A stretch of DNA of 64,000 bases from the IMG/VR virus record IMGVR_UViG_3300011337_000358; one strand, given 5' to 3'. Shown here piece by piece: positions 35,601 through 45,275 of the stretch (position 1 is its first letter; each line of letters begins with the position of its first letter). The translations under genes were made by a program, and so were the position numbers. This stretch comes from a virus (Duplodnaviria; Heunggongvirae; Uroviricota; Caudoviricetes). The notes under the pieces are model-generated. The model saw only the letters and a program-made list of their open reading frames with translations. It was not told the origin of the DNA and ran no database searches.

Positions 35601-36019
35601 AATGGTTCTATGTTATTAAAACAAGTCACAATGACACACTAGGATTTGGAATTACTATTCATTTGTCTAAACGATTAGTTGATGGTTATTGTAATCCTAG
35701 TGCGGCAAAACAACAATTTTCAAAATTGTATTATGGAGAAAATCTCCATATCAATCAATTAGAAAAATATATCAAACAGGTATATAGTAATAAACGATTA
35801 AACTTTACTAACACACGTACCCGTAAATTAGAATGGATAGATCCAAAATATGACATTTCAATTGAGGATTTGATTGATACTGTTGAGGATCGTATTTTGG
35901 GCTACCCATTACCTATCAAACGTATCAGGGATAAATTCTTACCATACACCCTTGATAATCCGGATATCTTTAAAACAATCAATGAGAATCCTGATTTGTT
36001 TTTGGAACAACTCGGTTGA
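35597..36019 (+). CDS. Hypothetical protein
   Basis: ORF. Confidence 0.5.
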   Translation: MKWFYVIKTSHNDTLGFGITIHLSKRLVDGYCNPSAAKQQFSKLYYGENLHINQLEKYIKQVYSNKRLNFTNTRTRKLEWIDPKYDISIEDLIDTVEDRILGYPLPIKRIRDKFLPYTLDNPDIFKTINENPDLFLEQLG

Positions 36020-36044
36020 CAACATCTAAATAGTAGTATATAAT
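36016..36044 (+). promoter_or_regulatory. Promoter TTGACA-17-TATAAT for the rnh-like gene
   Basis: Consensus. Confidence 0.65.
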
Positions 36045-36050
36045 AGACAC

Positions 36051-37049
36051 ATGAAATACGCACTCATTGACACAGCAAATACATTCTTCCGTGCCCGTCA
36101 CATTGCATCACGTAATAGTGATACATGGGAAAAGATCGGCATGGCCCTACACTTGACATTGGCAAGTACTAATCAAATTGTTCGCAAGTTTGGTGTGGAT
36201 CACGTTGTGTTTTGTTTAGAGGGTCGTAGCTGGCGCAAAAGTTTCTACGAGCCATACAAGAAAAATCGCATTGTTGATACACTATCACAAACAGAAGCCG
36301 AGATTGAAGAAAATAAAATGTTCTGGGAGACGTATGAAGTATTTACAAATTTTTTACGTGAGAAAACTAATGTTAGTGTCCTTCGTCATGCTGAGGCTGA
36401 GGCTGATGACTTAATTGCACGTTTCATTCACTTGCATCCCGATGATGAACATTTTATTATCAGTAGCGATAGCGACTATGTGCAATTGATTACCGAAAAT
36501 GTAAAACAATATAATGGGGTAGCTAATCAACTGATTACGTTAGATGGTTACTTTGATGACAAGGGTAAGATTGTCAAAGATAAGAAAACTAAAGAACCCA
36601 AGCTACTAGAAGATCCACAATATTTGCTATTTAAAAAATGTATGCGGGGTGATGGTACTGACAATGTGTTTAGTGCTTATCCTGGTGTGCGTGAGAAAGG
36701 TAGCAAGAATAAAGTTGGCTTGATGGAAGCATATGCTGATAGAGAAAAACAGGGCTACCAGTGGAACAATCTACTACTTCAACGCTGGCTAGACCATAAT
36801 GGAGTAGAACATCGTGTACGTGAGGATTATGAACGTAATCGTATACTAATTGATTTGACTGCACAACCTCAGGATATCAAAGACAAGGTTGATGCTAGTA
36901 TCATTGAGGGTGTTCGTACAACTACTACCCCTCAAGTTGGTATTCACTTTATGCGATTCTGTGGCAAATATGAGTTGACTAAGATTAGTGAACAAGCAGA
37001 AACATATGCGAAATGGTTGAATAGTCCTTACATGGGAAGTTTAGTATGA
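36051..37049 (+). CDS. rnh: 5'-3' exonuclease / flap endonuclease (T4 RNase H-like)
   Basis: 'LIDTANTFFRARHI' matches the FEN 'LLVDGSSLAFRAFYA' block. 'ISSDSDYVQLI' matches 'GDKDLLQLV'. Promoter at 36016-36044. Confidence 0.8.
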   Translation: MKYALIDTANTFFRARHIASRNSDTWEKIGMALHLTLASTNQIVRKFGVDHVVFCLEGRSWRKSFYEPYKKNRIVDTLSQTEAEIEENKMFWETYEVFTNFLREKTNVSVLRHAEAEADDLIARFIHLHPDDEHFIISSDSDYVQLITENVKQYNGVANQLITLDGYFDDKGKIVKDKKTKEPKLLEDPQYLLFKKCMRGDGTDNVFSAYPGVREKGSKNKVGLMEAYADREKQGYQWNNLLLQRWLDHNGVEHRVREDYERNRILIDLTAQPQDIKDKVDASIIEGVRTTTTPQVGIHFMRFCGKYELTKISEQAETYAKWLNSPYMGSLV

Positions 37050-37252
37050 ATGAAATAATTAAAGAACTAATGAAACATGCCGGTACTGATACTAGTGGTA
37101 AATGGATGGGTGTAGAACACGCTGAAAAGTTCACCGAATTGATTGTGCAGGAATGTGCTGATGTTCTATTAAAGTGGAAGGGTGAACCCTTTCCATTTGA
37201 TGAAGACCTTGCGGCAAGTCTAATTAAAGAACATTTCGGAGTTGGATCGTGA
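37046..37252 (+). CDS. Small protein, 'MNERI…FAELIVREC…KEHFGV' family member
   Basis: 'FTELIVQECADV…IKEHFGVGS'. Confidence 0.5.
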   Translation: MNEIIKELMKHAGTDTSGKWMGVEHAEKFTELIVQECADVLLKWKGEPFPFDEDLAASLIKEHFGVGS

Positions 37253-37452
37253 ACGAACGAATTAAACAGATTGCAGATGACTGCGGATTGTATATTGCCT
37301 ACGACAATAGAGAAGTGACTAACAAAGAGTTATCATTTTTTGCCGAGACAATCGTGCGAGAATGTATGGATGTTGTTAGTAAAGCCACTGCCAGTCCAAA
37401 CGGATATCAGGCTCTTATGAAACATTTCGGAGTTGATAATGTGGGCACGTGA
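37249..37452 (+). CDS. Small protein, same family
   Basis: 'MNERIKQIADD…FAETIVRECMDV…MKHFGVDN'. Confidence 0.5.
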   Translation: MNERIKQIADDCGLYIAYDNREVTNKELSFFAETIVRECMDVVSKATASPNGYQALMKHFGVDNVGT

Positions 37453-37639
37453 ACAAAGTATACACTATCTCAAACAGTATATTCATGCCAGGAAAACAAC
37501 ACCATGGGTTGTGAGTATGTGTCCCAATAGTGAAGAACGTGCTAGATGTGCTATACAATACTTAGGTGGCATGGCCGGAGATTGGTATGGTAACCGAAAT
37601 GACTGTCACTACTATTATTCTCAACAGGTAAAAGAATGA
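37439..37639 (+). CDS. Hypothetical small Cys/His-containing protein
   Basis: ORF; the track start 37433 is a TTG. Confidence 0.4.
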   Translation: MWAREQSIHYLKQYIHARKTTPWVVSMCPNSEERARCAIQYLGGMAGDWYGNRNDCHYYYSQQVKE

Positions 37640-37779
37640 AACTATACAAACACAGCAACGGTAAGTCAAGTCTCTTCCCCGAGCATATCCCTAAGGGTTG
37701 GGAAGTTATGTTGAAGCCAACTACATTCGAAATTGTATGGCGTAGAATTAAATCAGGCCTACTGCATATCAAGCGTTAA
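37636..37779 (+). CDS. Hypothetical small protein (47 aa)
   Basis: ATGA-coupled ORF. Confidence 0.3.
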   Translation: MKLYKHSNGKSSLFPEHIPKGWEVMLKPTTFEIVWRRIKSGLLHIKR

Positions 37780-37801
37780 TGGAACATTGGAGTATTGAAG
37801 A

Positions 37802-38029
37802 ATGAACTACTCATTCCCTGACAAAATTATCAAAACGATTAGGAAAGATGATCCAGACTTTCATATTGTTAATGGCATCACTATGGCACCACGTGCAGGG
37901 TTTGAGATTAGTAACAAATGTCCGAGTCAATATAAATTTATGATTATAGAAGCTATTAACAATGGTTGGCTCAAACCCATAGCATACATGAAAGATTCTG
38001 AATATATGTGGGAAAAACTAGGAGAATAA
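37802..38029 (+). CDS. Hypothetical small protein
   Basis: ORF. Confidence 0.45.
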   Translation: MNYSFPDKIIKTIRKDDPDFHIVNGITMAPRAGFEISNKCPSQYKFMIIEAINNGWLKPIAYMKDSEYMWEKLGE

Positions 38030-38030
38030 T

Positions 38031-38273
38031 ATGAATGATGAAGGACGAGAATACATTATCAATGGATTAACCTCAGCAGAAGTTAAAATGCTTGAAATAA
38101 TGTGGAATATCCAATCGTCTGACGATATGGAAGATTGGTTAATGAGCCTTAGTCGTAAAAAACGTGTAATGGCGCATCGTCTTAAAATGTTGTTGCTCAT
38201 TGAAATGATTGATTATGATGCAATAAAAGATTTGTCTATAGCCAAAACTTACTTGAAAAAGTTTCAATTATGA
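38031..38273 (+). CDS. Hypothetical small protein
   Basis: ORF. Confidence 0.45.
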   Translation: MNDEGREYIINGLTSAEVKMLEIMWNIQSSDDMEDWLMSLSRKKRVMAHRLKMLLLIEMIDYDAIKDLSIAKTYLKKFQL

Positions 38274-38734
38274 AAAAAATATTTTATGAAAAGGTAGGTC
38301 GTAGATACGTACCAGTGTACGAATACGACCAAACCATGATGGATGCTTTTCCCAAAGGTAATCACATTGTGATGTGCTACCCAGGGGGACAAAGCCGTCG
38401 GTACAATATTGATCCCAACTATGCGGCTATGATTGCCGCAGGGCGTGTAGCTGAGGATGCTATTAGCAGTGCTATTCACAAAGCAAGCGAACTAAGTCCA
38501 CAACGAACACCACTAACTAAGAGTCAACTTAAGGCTTGGCAGAACTTGGCTAAAGAGTTTGGTGAAGAGCTTTGCACCTTGCAAGGGGCAAGCACCCGAG
38601 ACATTGCGGAAGCAGGCGTAAAGGCTATGATGGAAGAGGCTAATAAATTGATGTCAAATCCAGCCGCTAAAAAAGCATTCGAACATTTTCTTTTAGTGTG
38701 TGAATTAACTAAAGAACAACATGAACCTAGCTGA
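38270..38734 (+). CDS. Hypothetical protein
   Basis: ORF. Confidence 0.5.
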   Translation: MKKIFYEKVGRRYVPVYEYDQTMMDAFPKGNHIVMCYPGGQSRRYNIDPNYAAMIAAGRVAEDAISSAIHKASELSPQRTPLTKSQLKAWQNLAKEFGEELCTLQGASTRDIAEAGVKAMMEEANKLMSNPAAKKAFEHFLLVCELTKEQHEPS

Positions 38735-38999
38735 TTACTTTGATAAACATCGGTACAAGCCCAAATATGAGTTTATGGCTAGGGTAACCGGAATGCACGG
38801 AAAAATCAGATGGATTGGTAGTGTGGGTAATGACACTGTTATAAGTGAACAGCGTGGACCCGAATTACATATCCATCTAGATTTACCATTAAAGATTGAC
38901 AATAGATACACAAATGTGTTAGTATGTACACATAAGGGCGTAACAAGATTAACTAATTTTGATGACGAGCCTTCAACAAAGAAAAGAAAAAAATTATGA
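38721..38999 (+). CDS. Hypothetical small protein
   Basis: ORF. Confidence 0.45.
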   Translation: MNLADYFDKHRYKPKYEFMARVTGMHGKIRWIGSVGNDTVISEQRGPELHIHLDLPLKIDNRYTNVLVCTHKGVTRLTNFDDEPSTKKRKKL

Positions 39000-39457
39000 C
39001 TAATAAAATACTAATTGCAAAACCAGTAGTACAGAACCAGTTCTGGATAGTAACAGACGGAAACGAAAAAGTCGGTAACGTATTAGCTGATGGTTCCGGG
39101 TTTGAAGTTAAACTGAATGGTAACAAAACTCATTTTAAAAATACAAATGCTATTGAGAAGCAAACTAAAATTGAATTCCAGAAGGTTAAGAAAGAAAAAG
39201 TTAAAAAAGATATTCCTTTCAGTGAATACCCAACAACTAAAAAGGTATATAATTCTATCTTAGATATCAAACGTAAGATTCACTTGTTTACAAAGACACC
39301 AAAAAGTAAGTGTTATTATGCCGCAGGATGGTATATTGTTAGTCAGGGTAGTGAACCTACTATAGAATTTTGCCCTAAATATATCTTTATTCAGCGTTAT
39401 GACTACGTTGGTCCATTTAAAACAGAAGATGAAGCAAAAGACTTGATAAATATCTAA
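38996..39457 (+). CDS. Hypothetical protein
   Basis: ORF. Confidence 0.5.
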   Translation: MTNKILIAKPVVQNQFWIVTDGNEKVGNVLADGSGFEVKLNGNKTHFKNTNAIEKQTKIEFQKVKKEKVKKDIPFSEYPTTKKVYNSILDIKRKIHLFTKTPKSKCYYAAGWYIVSQGSEPTIEFCPKYIFIQRYDYVGPFKTEDEAKDLINI

Positions 39458-39654
39458 TGATTCAAATTAAGCGGTTTATTGAGAGAGTATCGTTAATTGA
39501 GGGGCGCCAAGGTAAGGATGTGGTTATTCCAGTATCTGACGCTAGAGGCCTACGTGATGAATTATCTAAGCTATTAGCAGACCACTATGAAATGAAAAAG
39601 GATTCCCCGAATGAGGTAATTCAAGTTCAAGTAACCGGGGGAACATTTAAATGA
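39457..39654 (+). CDS. Hypothetical small protein
   Basis: ORF. Confidence 0.4.
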   Translation: MIQIKRFIERVSLIEGRQGKDVVIPVSDARGLRDELSKLLADHYEMKKDSPNEVIQVQVTGGTFK

Positions 39655-39944
39655 GTAGAACACAACCAAAAGTCTTACTAGAATTAGTAGATAAAGTAAC
39701 ATACAAGTGCGATCAGATTGTTGAAGCAAGTGGCATCTGGGCTGTATTCTATGATGGACAACCAATTAATCTAAAATCACAACATTACTTAGATAACGAG
39801 GCTACACCCAAGTATAAGAAGACAAGTTTTAGTAATCCCGGTCACGCAAGAAACTTATGTAGAAAATTAAACGCACAATTTAAATCTGATAAATTTACTG
39901 TCGTGTTTATGAATAATGGTACTATTGTGTACCCCAATGAGTGA
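39651..39944 (+). CDS. Hypothetical small protein
   Basis: ORF. Confidence 0.45.
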   Translation: MSRTQPKVLLELVDKVTYKCDQIVEASGIWAVFYDGQPINLKSQHYLDNEATPKYKKTSFSNPGHARNLCRKLNAQFKSDKFTVVFMNNGTIVYPNE

Positions 39945-40329
39945 TAGCAAATCAAATAAGCAACGTATCACTGAGGCTGTACTTAAACAGTTGCCGCCCA
40001 CAGATCAACCTATAGATAAAATAATTAACGAATGGTGGTTCACTAGATCCAGTGAGGGACTACGATTATCTGCCATTGGTGATTTAAGTTTTCGTCACGC
40101 ACAAATAGAATTCTTTAATCTCCCATTAAAAATTACTCAGGACAATTGGCATAAGTTTATAGTTGATTGTAGTAAGAAGATTAAATGTCCATATTACTTT
40201 GGTGTCAATAAAAATGAATTAAAAGAAAAAGAGGCATACATAAGATTGTATGACAGTAAAATTGCTATGATGATACAATTATATGGGGATATACACAGTT
40301 ATTTAGAATCAGTAAAGGCAAGAAAATGA
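39937..40329 (+). CDS. Hypothetical protein
   Basis: ATGA-coupled start at 39937. Confidence 0.45.
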   Translation: MSDSKSNKQRITEAVLKQLPPTDQPIDKIINEWWFTRSSEGLRLSAIGDLSFRHAQIEFFNLPLKITQDNWHKFIVDCSKKIKCPYYFGVNKNELKEKEAYIRLYDSKIAMMIQLYGDIHSYLESVKARK

Positions 40330-40493
40330 CAGAAGAAAAGAAAAGTAAAAATCCGTTTATTAATTTAGCTAATGCCGCTAAGAAAGATAGTAAGCATCCT
40401 GGATTAGGTAAAGCTCCTAAATCACAAGGACCTAAACCAACTAAGGGTAACGGTGGTGCAACGGTTGTTCGTAGAAGCGGTCGCGGTGGTTAA
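40326..40493 (+). CDS. Small basic Gly/Lys-rich protein (55 aa)
   Basis: '…KAPKSQGPKPTKGNGGATVVRRSGRGG'; below the track cutoff. Confidence 0.3.
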   Translation: MTEEKKSKNPFINLANAAKKDSKHPGLGKAPKSQGPKPTKGNGGATVVRRSGRGG

Positions 40494-40978
40494 TACCATC
40501 TACCTTCATTACGCATACGTTTAATGAGAGTTAGATAAGTGCTACATACACCATAGCATTTTAATTGCACAGTACTAAACAAACTACGGTCATCTATTTC
40601 GGGAAGAAAGATAATACTAGTATTGTTTATAGCAACAGTACCCGGAGTGATTAGTTTCCCACTACTTGTAGTAACTGGGGTACTCTCAGTAGCATCGGGA
40701 AACCAAAAGTAATTAGGATATAATTTACTCGGTTGAGTAGTTAACCAAGTTTGCATGTCTGTATTTCTAGCGTTGATCCAAAAACGTACACCTTGTAGAT
40801 ATTTTTCGGTCACTTCAGTAGTTGGTTCAAAACTACCCAAATATAGTTTTCCATCTACTCTCCAAACATCTACCATGCAGGAATATCCGGCGTTGAATGC
40901 TTTTCCTATTTGTGCTGGGGTATTAGCATCTTCAAAATTTTGGCTATCAAAGATACCCTGGTAAGATATATATAACAT
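40490..40978 (-). CDS. Hypothetical protein (lone minus-strand gene)
   Basis: 162-aa ORF, convergent with the upstream + strand genes. Confidence 0.45.
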   Translation of the reverse strand: MLYISYQGIFDSQNFEDANTPAQIGKAFNAGYSCMVDVWRVDGKLYLGSFEPTTEVTEKYLQGVRFWINARNTDMQTWLTTQPSKLYPNYFWFPDATESTPVTTSSGKLITPGTVAINNTSIIFLPEIDDRSLFSTVQLKCYGVCSTYLTLIKRMRNEGRWY

Positions 40979-41076
40979 AATATGTATTTATGTCAACGGA
41001 ATACATAGCTGCCGCGTTATATATATGTAGACACAAAAAATGTTGTTCTACTTTCATTAACATAAAGGAAATCAAA

Positions 41077-41397
41077 ATGAAACAACTTATCGCTCTATTT
41101 GCCGCTGTTGCAGTTGGCACCGCTTTTGCTCAAGCTCCTGCTAAAAAGGAAGAAGCCAAGCCAGCCGCGGCTGCTCCTGCTAAAAAGGAAGAAGCCAAGC
41201 CAGCCGCGGCTGCTCCTGCTCCAGCTAAAGCAACAGCGCCGGCTGCACCTGCTAAAGCAGAAGCACCAAAAGAAGAAATGAAATTAGCTAAGAAGAAAGA
41301 AGACAAAAAAGCTGATGCCACTAAAAGTGAAGCAAAGCCTGCTAGTCCAGCGCCAGCAAAAGCTGACGATAAAAAAGCCGAAGCTCCTAAGAAGTAA
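41077..41397 (+). CDS. Secreted low-complexity Ala/Lys/Pro-rich repeat protein
   Basis: Signal peptide 'MKQLIALFAAVAVGTAFA'. Tandem 'APAKKEEAKPAAAA' repeats (42-bp direct DNA repeat at 41136-41219). RBS AAAGGAAATC. Confidence 0.6.
   Translation: MKQLIALFAAVAVGTAFAQAPAKKEEAKPAAAAPAKKEEAKPAAAAPAPAKATAPAAPAKAEAPKEEMKLAKKKEDKKADATKSEAKPASPAPAKADDKKAEAPKK
41136..41219 (+). repeat. 42-bp perfect tandem duplication inside the AKP-rich gene
   Basis: 'GCTCCTGCTAAAAAGGAAGAAGCCAAGCCAGCCGCGGCT' ×2. Confidence 0.8.
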
Positions 41398-41614
41398 TCC
41401 ATATAGGCTCACTGCAATTAGAATCTGGGGTTTCGATCCCAATAAGGTTCTAGTTGATGATGAGGATATATTAGTTAATTCCCGTCGTATCATATTAAAG
41501 ATTAAAACTTCTTTAGATAATGATGTGGAATTAACTGATTATGTCAAGTTAAGATTGTTTCTGGCCAGAGAAATGGCTATGTCAAAATATAGAGAAATCT
41601 ATCAGACGGCATAA
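41315..41614 (+). CDS. Overlapping/+1-frame ORF. The C-terminal 72 codons (41399-41614) look protein-like but have no canonical start.
   Basis: Frame-2 ORF overlaps the 3' end of 41077-41397. A6 runs lie in the overlap. A terminator-like hairpin follows at 41631-41657. Confidence 0.25.
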   Translation: MPLKVKQSLLVQRQQKLTIKKPKLLRSNPYRLTAIRIWGFDPNKVLVDDEDILVNSRRIILKIKTSLDNDVELTDYVKLRLFLAREMAMSKYREIYQTA

Positions 41615-41630
41615 ATATACATGAAGTTAT

Positions 41631-41657
41631 GAGTTCTTCATAAAAACTCAATTTTTA
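41631..41657 (+). terminator. Terminator-like hairpin GAGTT-N9-AACTC followed by AATTTTT
   Basis: Hairpin plus T-run. Confidence 0.4.
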
Positions 41658-41680
41658 AACACACACATAGGAGATATAAA

Positions 41681-41956
41681 ATGTTTAACACAGCAACTTA
41701 CGCCTTTATTGACGGCGTTTCAGACTTCAAAAAGAAATTCGTAGAACAAACAGTTCAACACGATGGCATCAAAACAGCATTAAACGGTTTTGTTGATGCA
41801 CAATCAAAATACACAAAAGCAGCCGCAGATGCAGGAATGCAATCTATGATGGCTATGGGTATGATTTTTAGTAGCAAAGAATTCTACACACAATTAGCTG
41901 ACCAGTATAAAGCAATGGTTCCTGCTTTCAACGCTAAAAAAGCTAAGGCTAAGTAA
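41681..41956 (+). CDS. Hypothetical small abundant-looking protein
   Basis: Strong RBS TAGGAGATATAAAATG. Confidence 0.55.
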   Translation: MFNTATYAFIDGVSDFKKKFVEQTVQHDGIKTALNGFVDAQSKYTKAAADAGMQSMMAMGMIFSSKEFYTQLADQYKAMVPAFNAKKAKAK

Positions 41957-42329
41957 TTATGAAACTTTTAGGAATGCTAATAGCGTTCCTAGGTTTCTCT
42001 ACAGACACCTACGGAACTGAGTTGGAAAAATATATAGTCGGCCGAAATCCACAAGATGTAGGTGACATTGAACGATTAACATACGAGTTCCATCGCAAAC
42101 AATCTGATTGGAGATTTCTATGAACACACTTAAACAACTTTTTAACAGCCTACTAGAGGCAATACAATCTATCAAAGACTACAAAGCGAGTAAAATGAAA
42201 TGAATCAATGGCAACCTATGACTGACGAAGATTGGGAATGGGTTAATCATGGTACATTACCAAAACCGGTTGACATCCCAGTCAAAACAAACTATAATTA
42301 ACACACATACACTTTTTTAAGGAAATAAA

Positions 42330-42605
42330 ATGACAGACTTTACACCAAAATTGCCAGAAGTTAAATTTAACAAAAATGGCTACGAACTACGTACAGATAT
42401 TTTAGCTATGGCTAAAGATGTTGTTCAACAAGAATATCAAATGAAATTTCAAGGTTGGGAACTAACAGCAAAACGTGATGAGAAAACAGGTCAACTAGTA
42501 ACAACAGTTGGTATGCCTGAGTTTCCAGGTCTAGATAAGGTCCTTGAAACTGCTGAAAAAATGTACGGCTTTGTAAATCAAGGTCAAACACAATCTAAGA
42601 AGTAA
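42330..42605 (+). CDS. Hypothetical small protein
   Basis: RBS AAGGAAATAAAATG. Confidence 0.55.
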   Translation: MTDFTPKLPEVKFNKNGYELRTDILAMAKDVVQQEYQMKFQGWELTAKRDEKTGQLVTTVGMPEFPGLDKVLETAEKMYGFVNQGQTQSKK

Positions 42606-42613
42606 TTCTTAAC

Positions 42614-43282
42614 ATGAAGGCTCTTTGTGAGCCTTCCTTTACGGCTATAAATAATTTTATGAAATATCATATTTTAGGAAGACCGGGCGGAAGCAGACCA
42701 CTAGTATCAACTATTTTTAATATGATGGGATACAATTCGTATTACGGCTCTTTAGATAAACCCAATGACAATGATACAGCAATATTAATAACATATCAAT
42801 ACGATATGTTCGCATGGGTAATGACCTCTAGATACGTTGAAGATATATTATACAATTATAATTTAGGTAATAAAGAAAACTTTAATCATTGGCTTACTCA
42901 CTATGTGGGTCCAGGCACACCGTCAACCCCAGATGATATCAGCATGAGTGATTGGGCGGCGCACGTAGTGAACAGTTATAAACACATAGGAATGTTTGCT
43001 CCTTTAAACGGTATCTATGAAGATTTAGAATTATATTGTAAAGATTCAAAATGTATGCGACACGAATTGCCGTTAGAATTAATTGTAGATAGTCCAAATC
43101 AGGCTATAATTAGGATAGAAGAAATTACAGAAAAAGTTATGGATCAACAAATTAAGAATTTTTTCTTAAAAGAAGTTGAGAAACAAAAAATATTACTTTC
43201 TCCATGGATGGATGATTACTATAAAGCAAAAGAAAAATCCACAGACAGTTATCTGTGGCTTAAAAAGCAATCCTCAATTTGA
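42614..43282 (+). CDS. Hypothetical protein
   Basis: ORF; start uncertain (42614 or 42659). Confidence 0.45.
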   Translation: MKALCEPSFTAINNFMKYHILGRPGGSRPLVSTIFNMMGYNSYYGSLDKPNDNDTAILITYQYDMFAWVMTSRYVEDILYNYNLGNKENFNHWLTHYVGPGTPSTPDDISMSDWAAHVVNSYKHIGMFAPLNGIYEDLELYCKDSKCMRHELPLELIVDSPNQAIIRIEEITEKVMDQQIKNFFLKEVEKQKILLSPWMDDYYKAKEKSTDSYLWLKKQSSI

Positions 43283-43307
43283 CATAAATTCCAAATAGTG
43301 TTACAAT
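43279..43307 (+). promoter_or_regulatory. Promoter TTGACA-17-TACAAT for the lipoprotein
   Basis: Consensus. Confidence 0.6.
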
Positions 43308-43313
43308 AAGGGT

Positions 43314-44615
43314 ATGAAAAAATTTATACTCATACTATCTATTGTTCTATCCGGTTGTGGGGGCGGTGGTGGCACCAGTACTGGCGATAGTTCGCAGGCA
43401 GTATCAGTAAAATCAACGTGTACCCTTGCTGTAAATTCAAATACAGTTCCACAATCATATTATGGCACTAATTCAATACCCACACCATTATCAAAATTTG
43501 ATAATACTATTCTAAGAGGTATTGGTCTTAAAGATTATCATCCTAGATTTAATCTGGCAAATACAAATTGCACTCAAGATGAACATTCCAGATTACTATA
43601 TCAAAAAACACTAGACAGATTAAAACTATTAAACGTAGATTATGTTGAAGTATATCAATATGGCCCGGTAGTTGATTTTAATGCTACTACTTGGGTAGTA
43701 GATAAATCTACATGGCAAATACCAGAAAGTGAATTGATCTGGTTTATTAAAGAGGCTAATAGTAGAAACATTAAAGTAAATATTATTTGGCAATTATGGC
43801 CAACTGATAGTAAAGGTAATACTATAAATTCAAGTTATGATATGTCAGAAGCGGAAATGTTAAAAGTATTGCGGGGATGGCATAATATTATTGTAGATTT
43901 AGCTAAGTTTGGTGGTAGTAATGGTTTGAATATATTAACCGTACATTGGAATGCATTTCATTTTCCAGTAACTAACAAATATAAAGAATCTGCCACCTTA
44001 GAATTTTTATCAATCATTAATGATGTGCGACAACATTTTAATGGTAAATTATTTATGGGAGCATCGCCTGTATTTTTTGATAAGAGAATTGTTGAAAAGG
44101 TCGATGGTATTATTATTCCATTAACTCCTAGTAATTGGTCTAGAAATGATGATATTAATATATCTGTCAGTTTGTTAAAAAGCCGATATTTAGATAATAT
44201 ATTAGGAAAAGCATTAGAACTTTCTATGGCTACTGGATTAGATTTAAAAAGTATTCCGGTTATCTGGGATTTTAATATTCAGAGCAGAGATAAAGCATTG
44301 AGTGAAGGTTGGGTAGAAGATGGATTTTGTATTAAAGAAGGTGGCGATGGTGCCCCTGTAAGTTGGGGTAATCCTGAATGTGCCAAACAAATGAATTATA
44401 TAACCGATTTTAGTATTCAAGCATTAGCTATTGAAGGTGCATTTCAGGCTATTAAAGAACAAACATTAATTAAAACATATGGTATTAACTTTAGTACTAG
44501 TTATTGGCATACTGATACGTTAGTACCCGGGCAAGAAGGCTTTCCCAACTTGTCGCAATCTATTCGAGGAAAACCTGCTGAGAATGTAGTCAAACATTGG
44601 TTCTCCAAAAATTGA
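43314..44615 (+). CDS. Lipoprotein (433 aa), unknown function
   Basis: Lipobox 'LSIVLSGCGGGGG'. Promoter TTGACA-17-TACAAT at 43279-43307. Confidence 0.6.
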   Translation: MKKFILILSIVLSGCGGGGGTSTGDSSQAVSVKSTCTLAVNSNTVPQSYYGTNSIPTPLSKFDNTILRGIGLKDYHPRFNLANTNCTQDEHSRLLYQKTLDRLKLLNVDYVEVYQYGPVVDFNATTWVVDKSTWQIPESELIWFIKEANSRNIKVNIIWQLWPTDSKGNTINSSYDMSEAEMLKVLRGWHNIIVDLAKFGGSNGLNILTVHWNAFHFPVTNKYKESATLEFLSIINDVRQHFNGKLFMGASPVFFDKRIVEKVDGIIIPLTPSNWSRNDDINISVSLLKSRYLDNILGKALELSMATGLDLKSIPVIWDFNIQSRDKALSEGWVEDGFCIKEGGDGAPVSWGNPECAKQMNYITDFSIQALAIEGAFQAIKEQTLIKTYGINFSTSYWHTDTLVPGQEGFPNLSQSIRGKPAENVVKHWFSKN

Positions 44616-44640
44616 CAATAAATGGGTATTGTGCTATAAT
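44612..44640 (+). promoter_or_regulatory. Sigma70-type early promoter cassette, copy 1 (TTGACA-17-TATAAT) with conserved UTR 'AGAATCTTAAACAGTAAAGAAAAGGA'
   Basis: Exact consensus hexamers with a 17-nt spacer. Confidence 0.7.
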
Positions 44641-44672
44641 AGAATCTTAAACAGTAAAGAAAAGGAAACGAA

Positions 44673-44945
44673 ATGTCAGCACTCACAGAATACACATTGG
44701 AAATTTACAAAACTGACAAGCGTACCAAAGAAGGTAAGCGTTTGGTTTCAAAGCAAGATTTTGCACCAGTAACAGTAGACTACATTAATGCCGTTGCAGA
44801 CGGTAAGCGTAGGTTGGGTTTTGTTGTTGAAGTGTTCGAAACCTTTGTTACCCGCAAAAACTTGATGGCAGGTAAGTCATTCCAAGAACGTTATGACACC
44901 CCTTACTTTTGTTCACCAAGTTCCGAATCTTACTGGTCAATGTAA
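44673..44945 (+). CDS. Hypothetical small protein (promoter-cassette gene)
   Basis: Cassette promoter at 44612-44640 plus the conserved UTR. Confidence 0.55.
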   Translation: MSALTEYTLEIYKTDKRTKEGKRLVSKQDFAPVTVDYINAVADGKRRLGFVVEVFETFVTRKNLMAGKSFQERYDTPYFCSPSSESYWSM

Positions 44946-44948
44946 AGG

Positions 44949-44977
44949 TTGACAGTAATTGGATTTGGGTATATAAT
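44949..44977 (+). promoter_or_regulatory. Promoter cassette copy 2 (TTGACA-17-TATAAT)
   Basis: Spacer '…ATTGGATTTGGGTA' is shared. Confidence 0.7.
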
Positions 44978-45008
44978 ACTTGTATTGACTTGATTAAAGG
45001 ACTACAAA

Positions 45009-45275
45009 ATGGCTAAGAAAATCTCTATCAAAGTGTTTGCAGACCCCGGACATGCTTGGGCACGTTTTCCCAAAGCAAAATTGGTCAGTCTCGGTATTGC
45101 TGACAAAATTAGTACTTATAGTTACATGAATGGTTCCAATGCATTCTTGGAAGAGGACTGTGATTTGTCTGTATTGCTGGTTGCTCTCCGTAATCGTGGC
45201 TATGAGATTAAATTTAACGAAAGTCACACAAACCGTCAAAGCAAAATCCGCAATTATTTTACCTACAAGGCTTGA
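45009..45275 (+). CDS. Hypothetical small protein (promoter-cassette gene)
   Basis: Cassette promoter at 44949-44977. Confidence 0.55.
   Translation: MAKKISIKVFADPGHAWARFPKAKLVSLGIADKISTYSYMNGSNAFLEEDCDLSVLLVALRNRGYEIKFNESHTNRQSKIRNYFTYKA

Noticed and set aside
41136-41219. Direct repeats as a possible CRISPR array
   Set aside because: Only two perfectly tandem 42-bp units with no spacers, inside a low-complexity coding sequence.
41420-41450. tRNA-like T-arm 'GGGGTTTCGATCCC'
   Set aside because: No complementary acceptor stem, D-arm or anticodon arm can be built around it. It lies inside a protein-like ORF.
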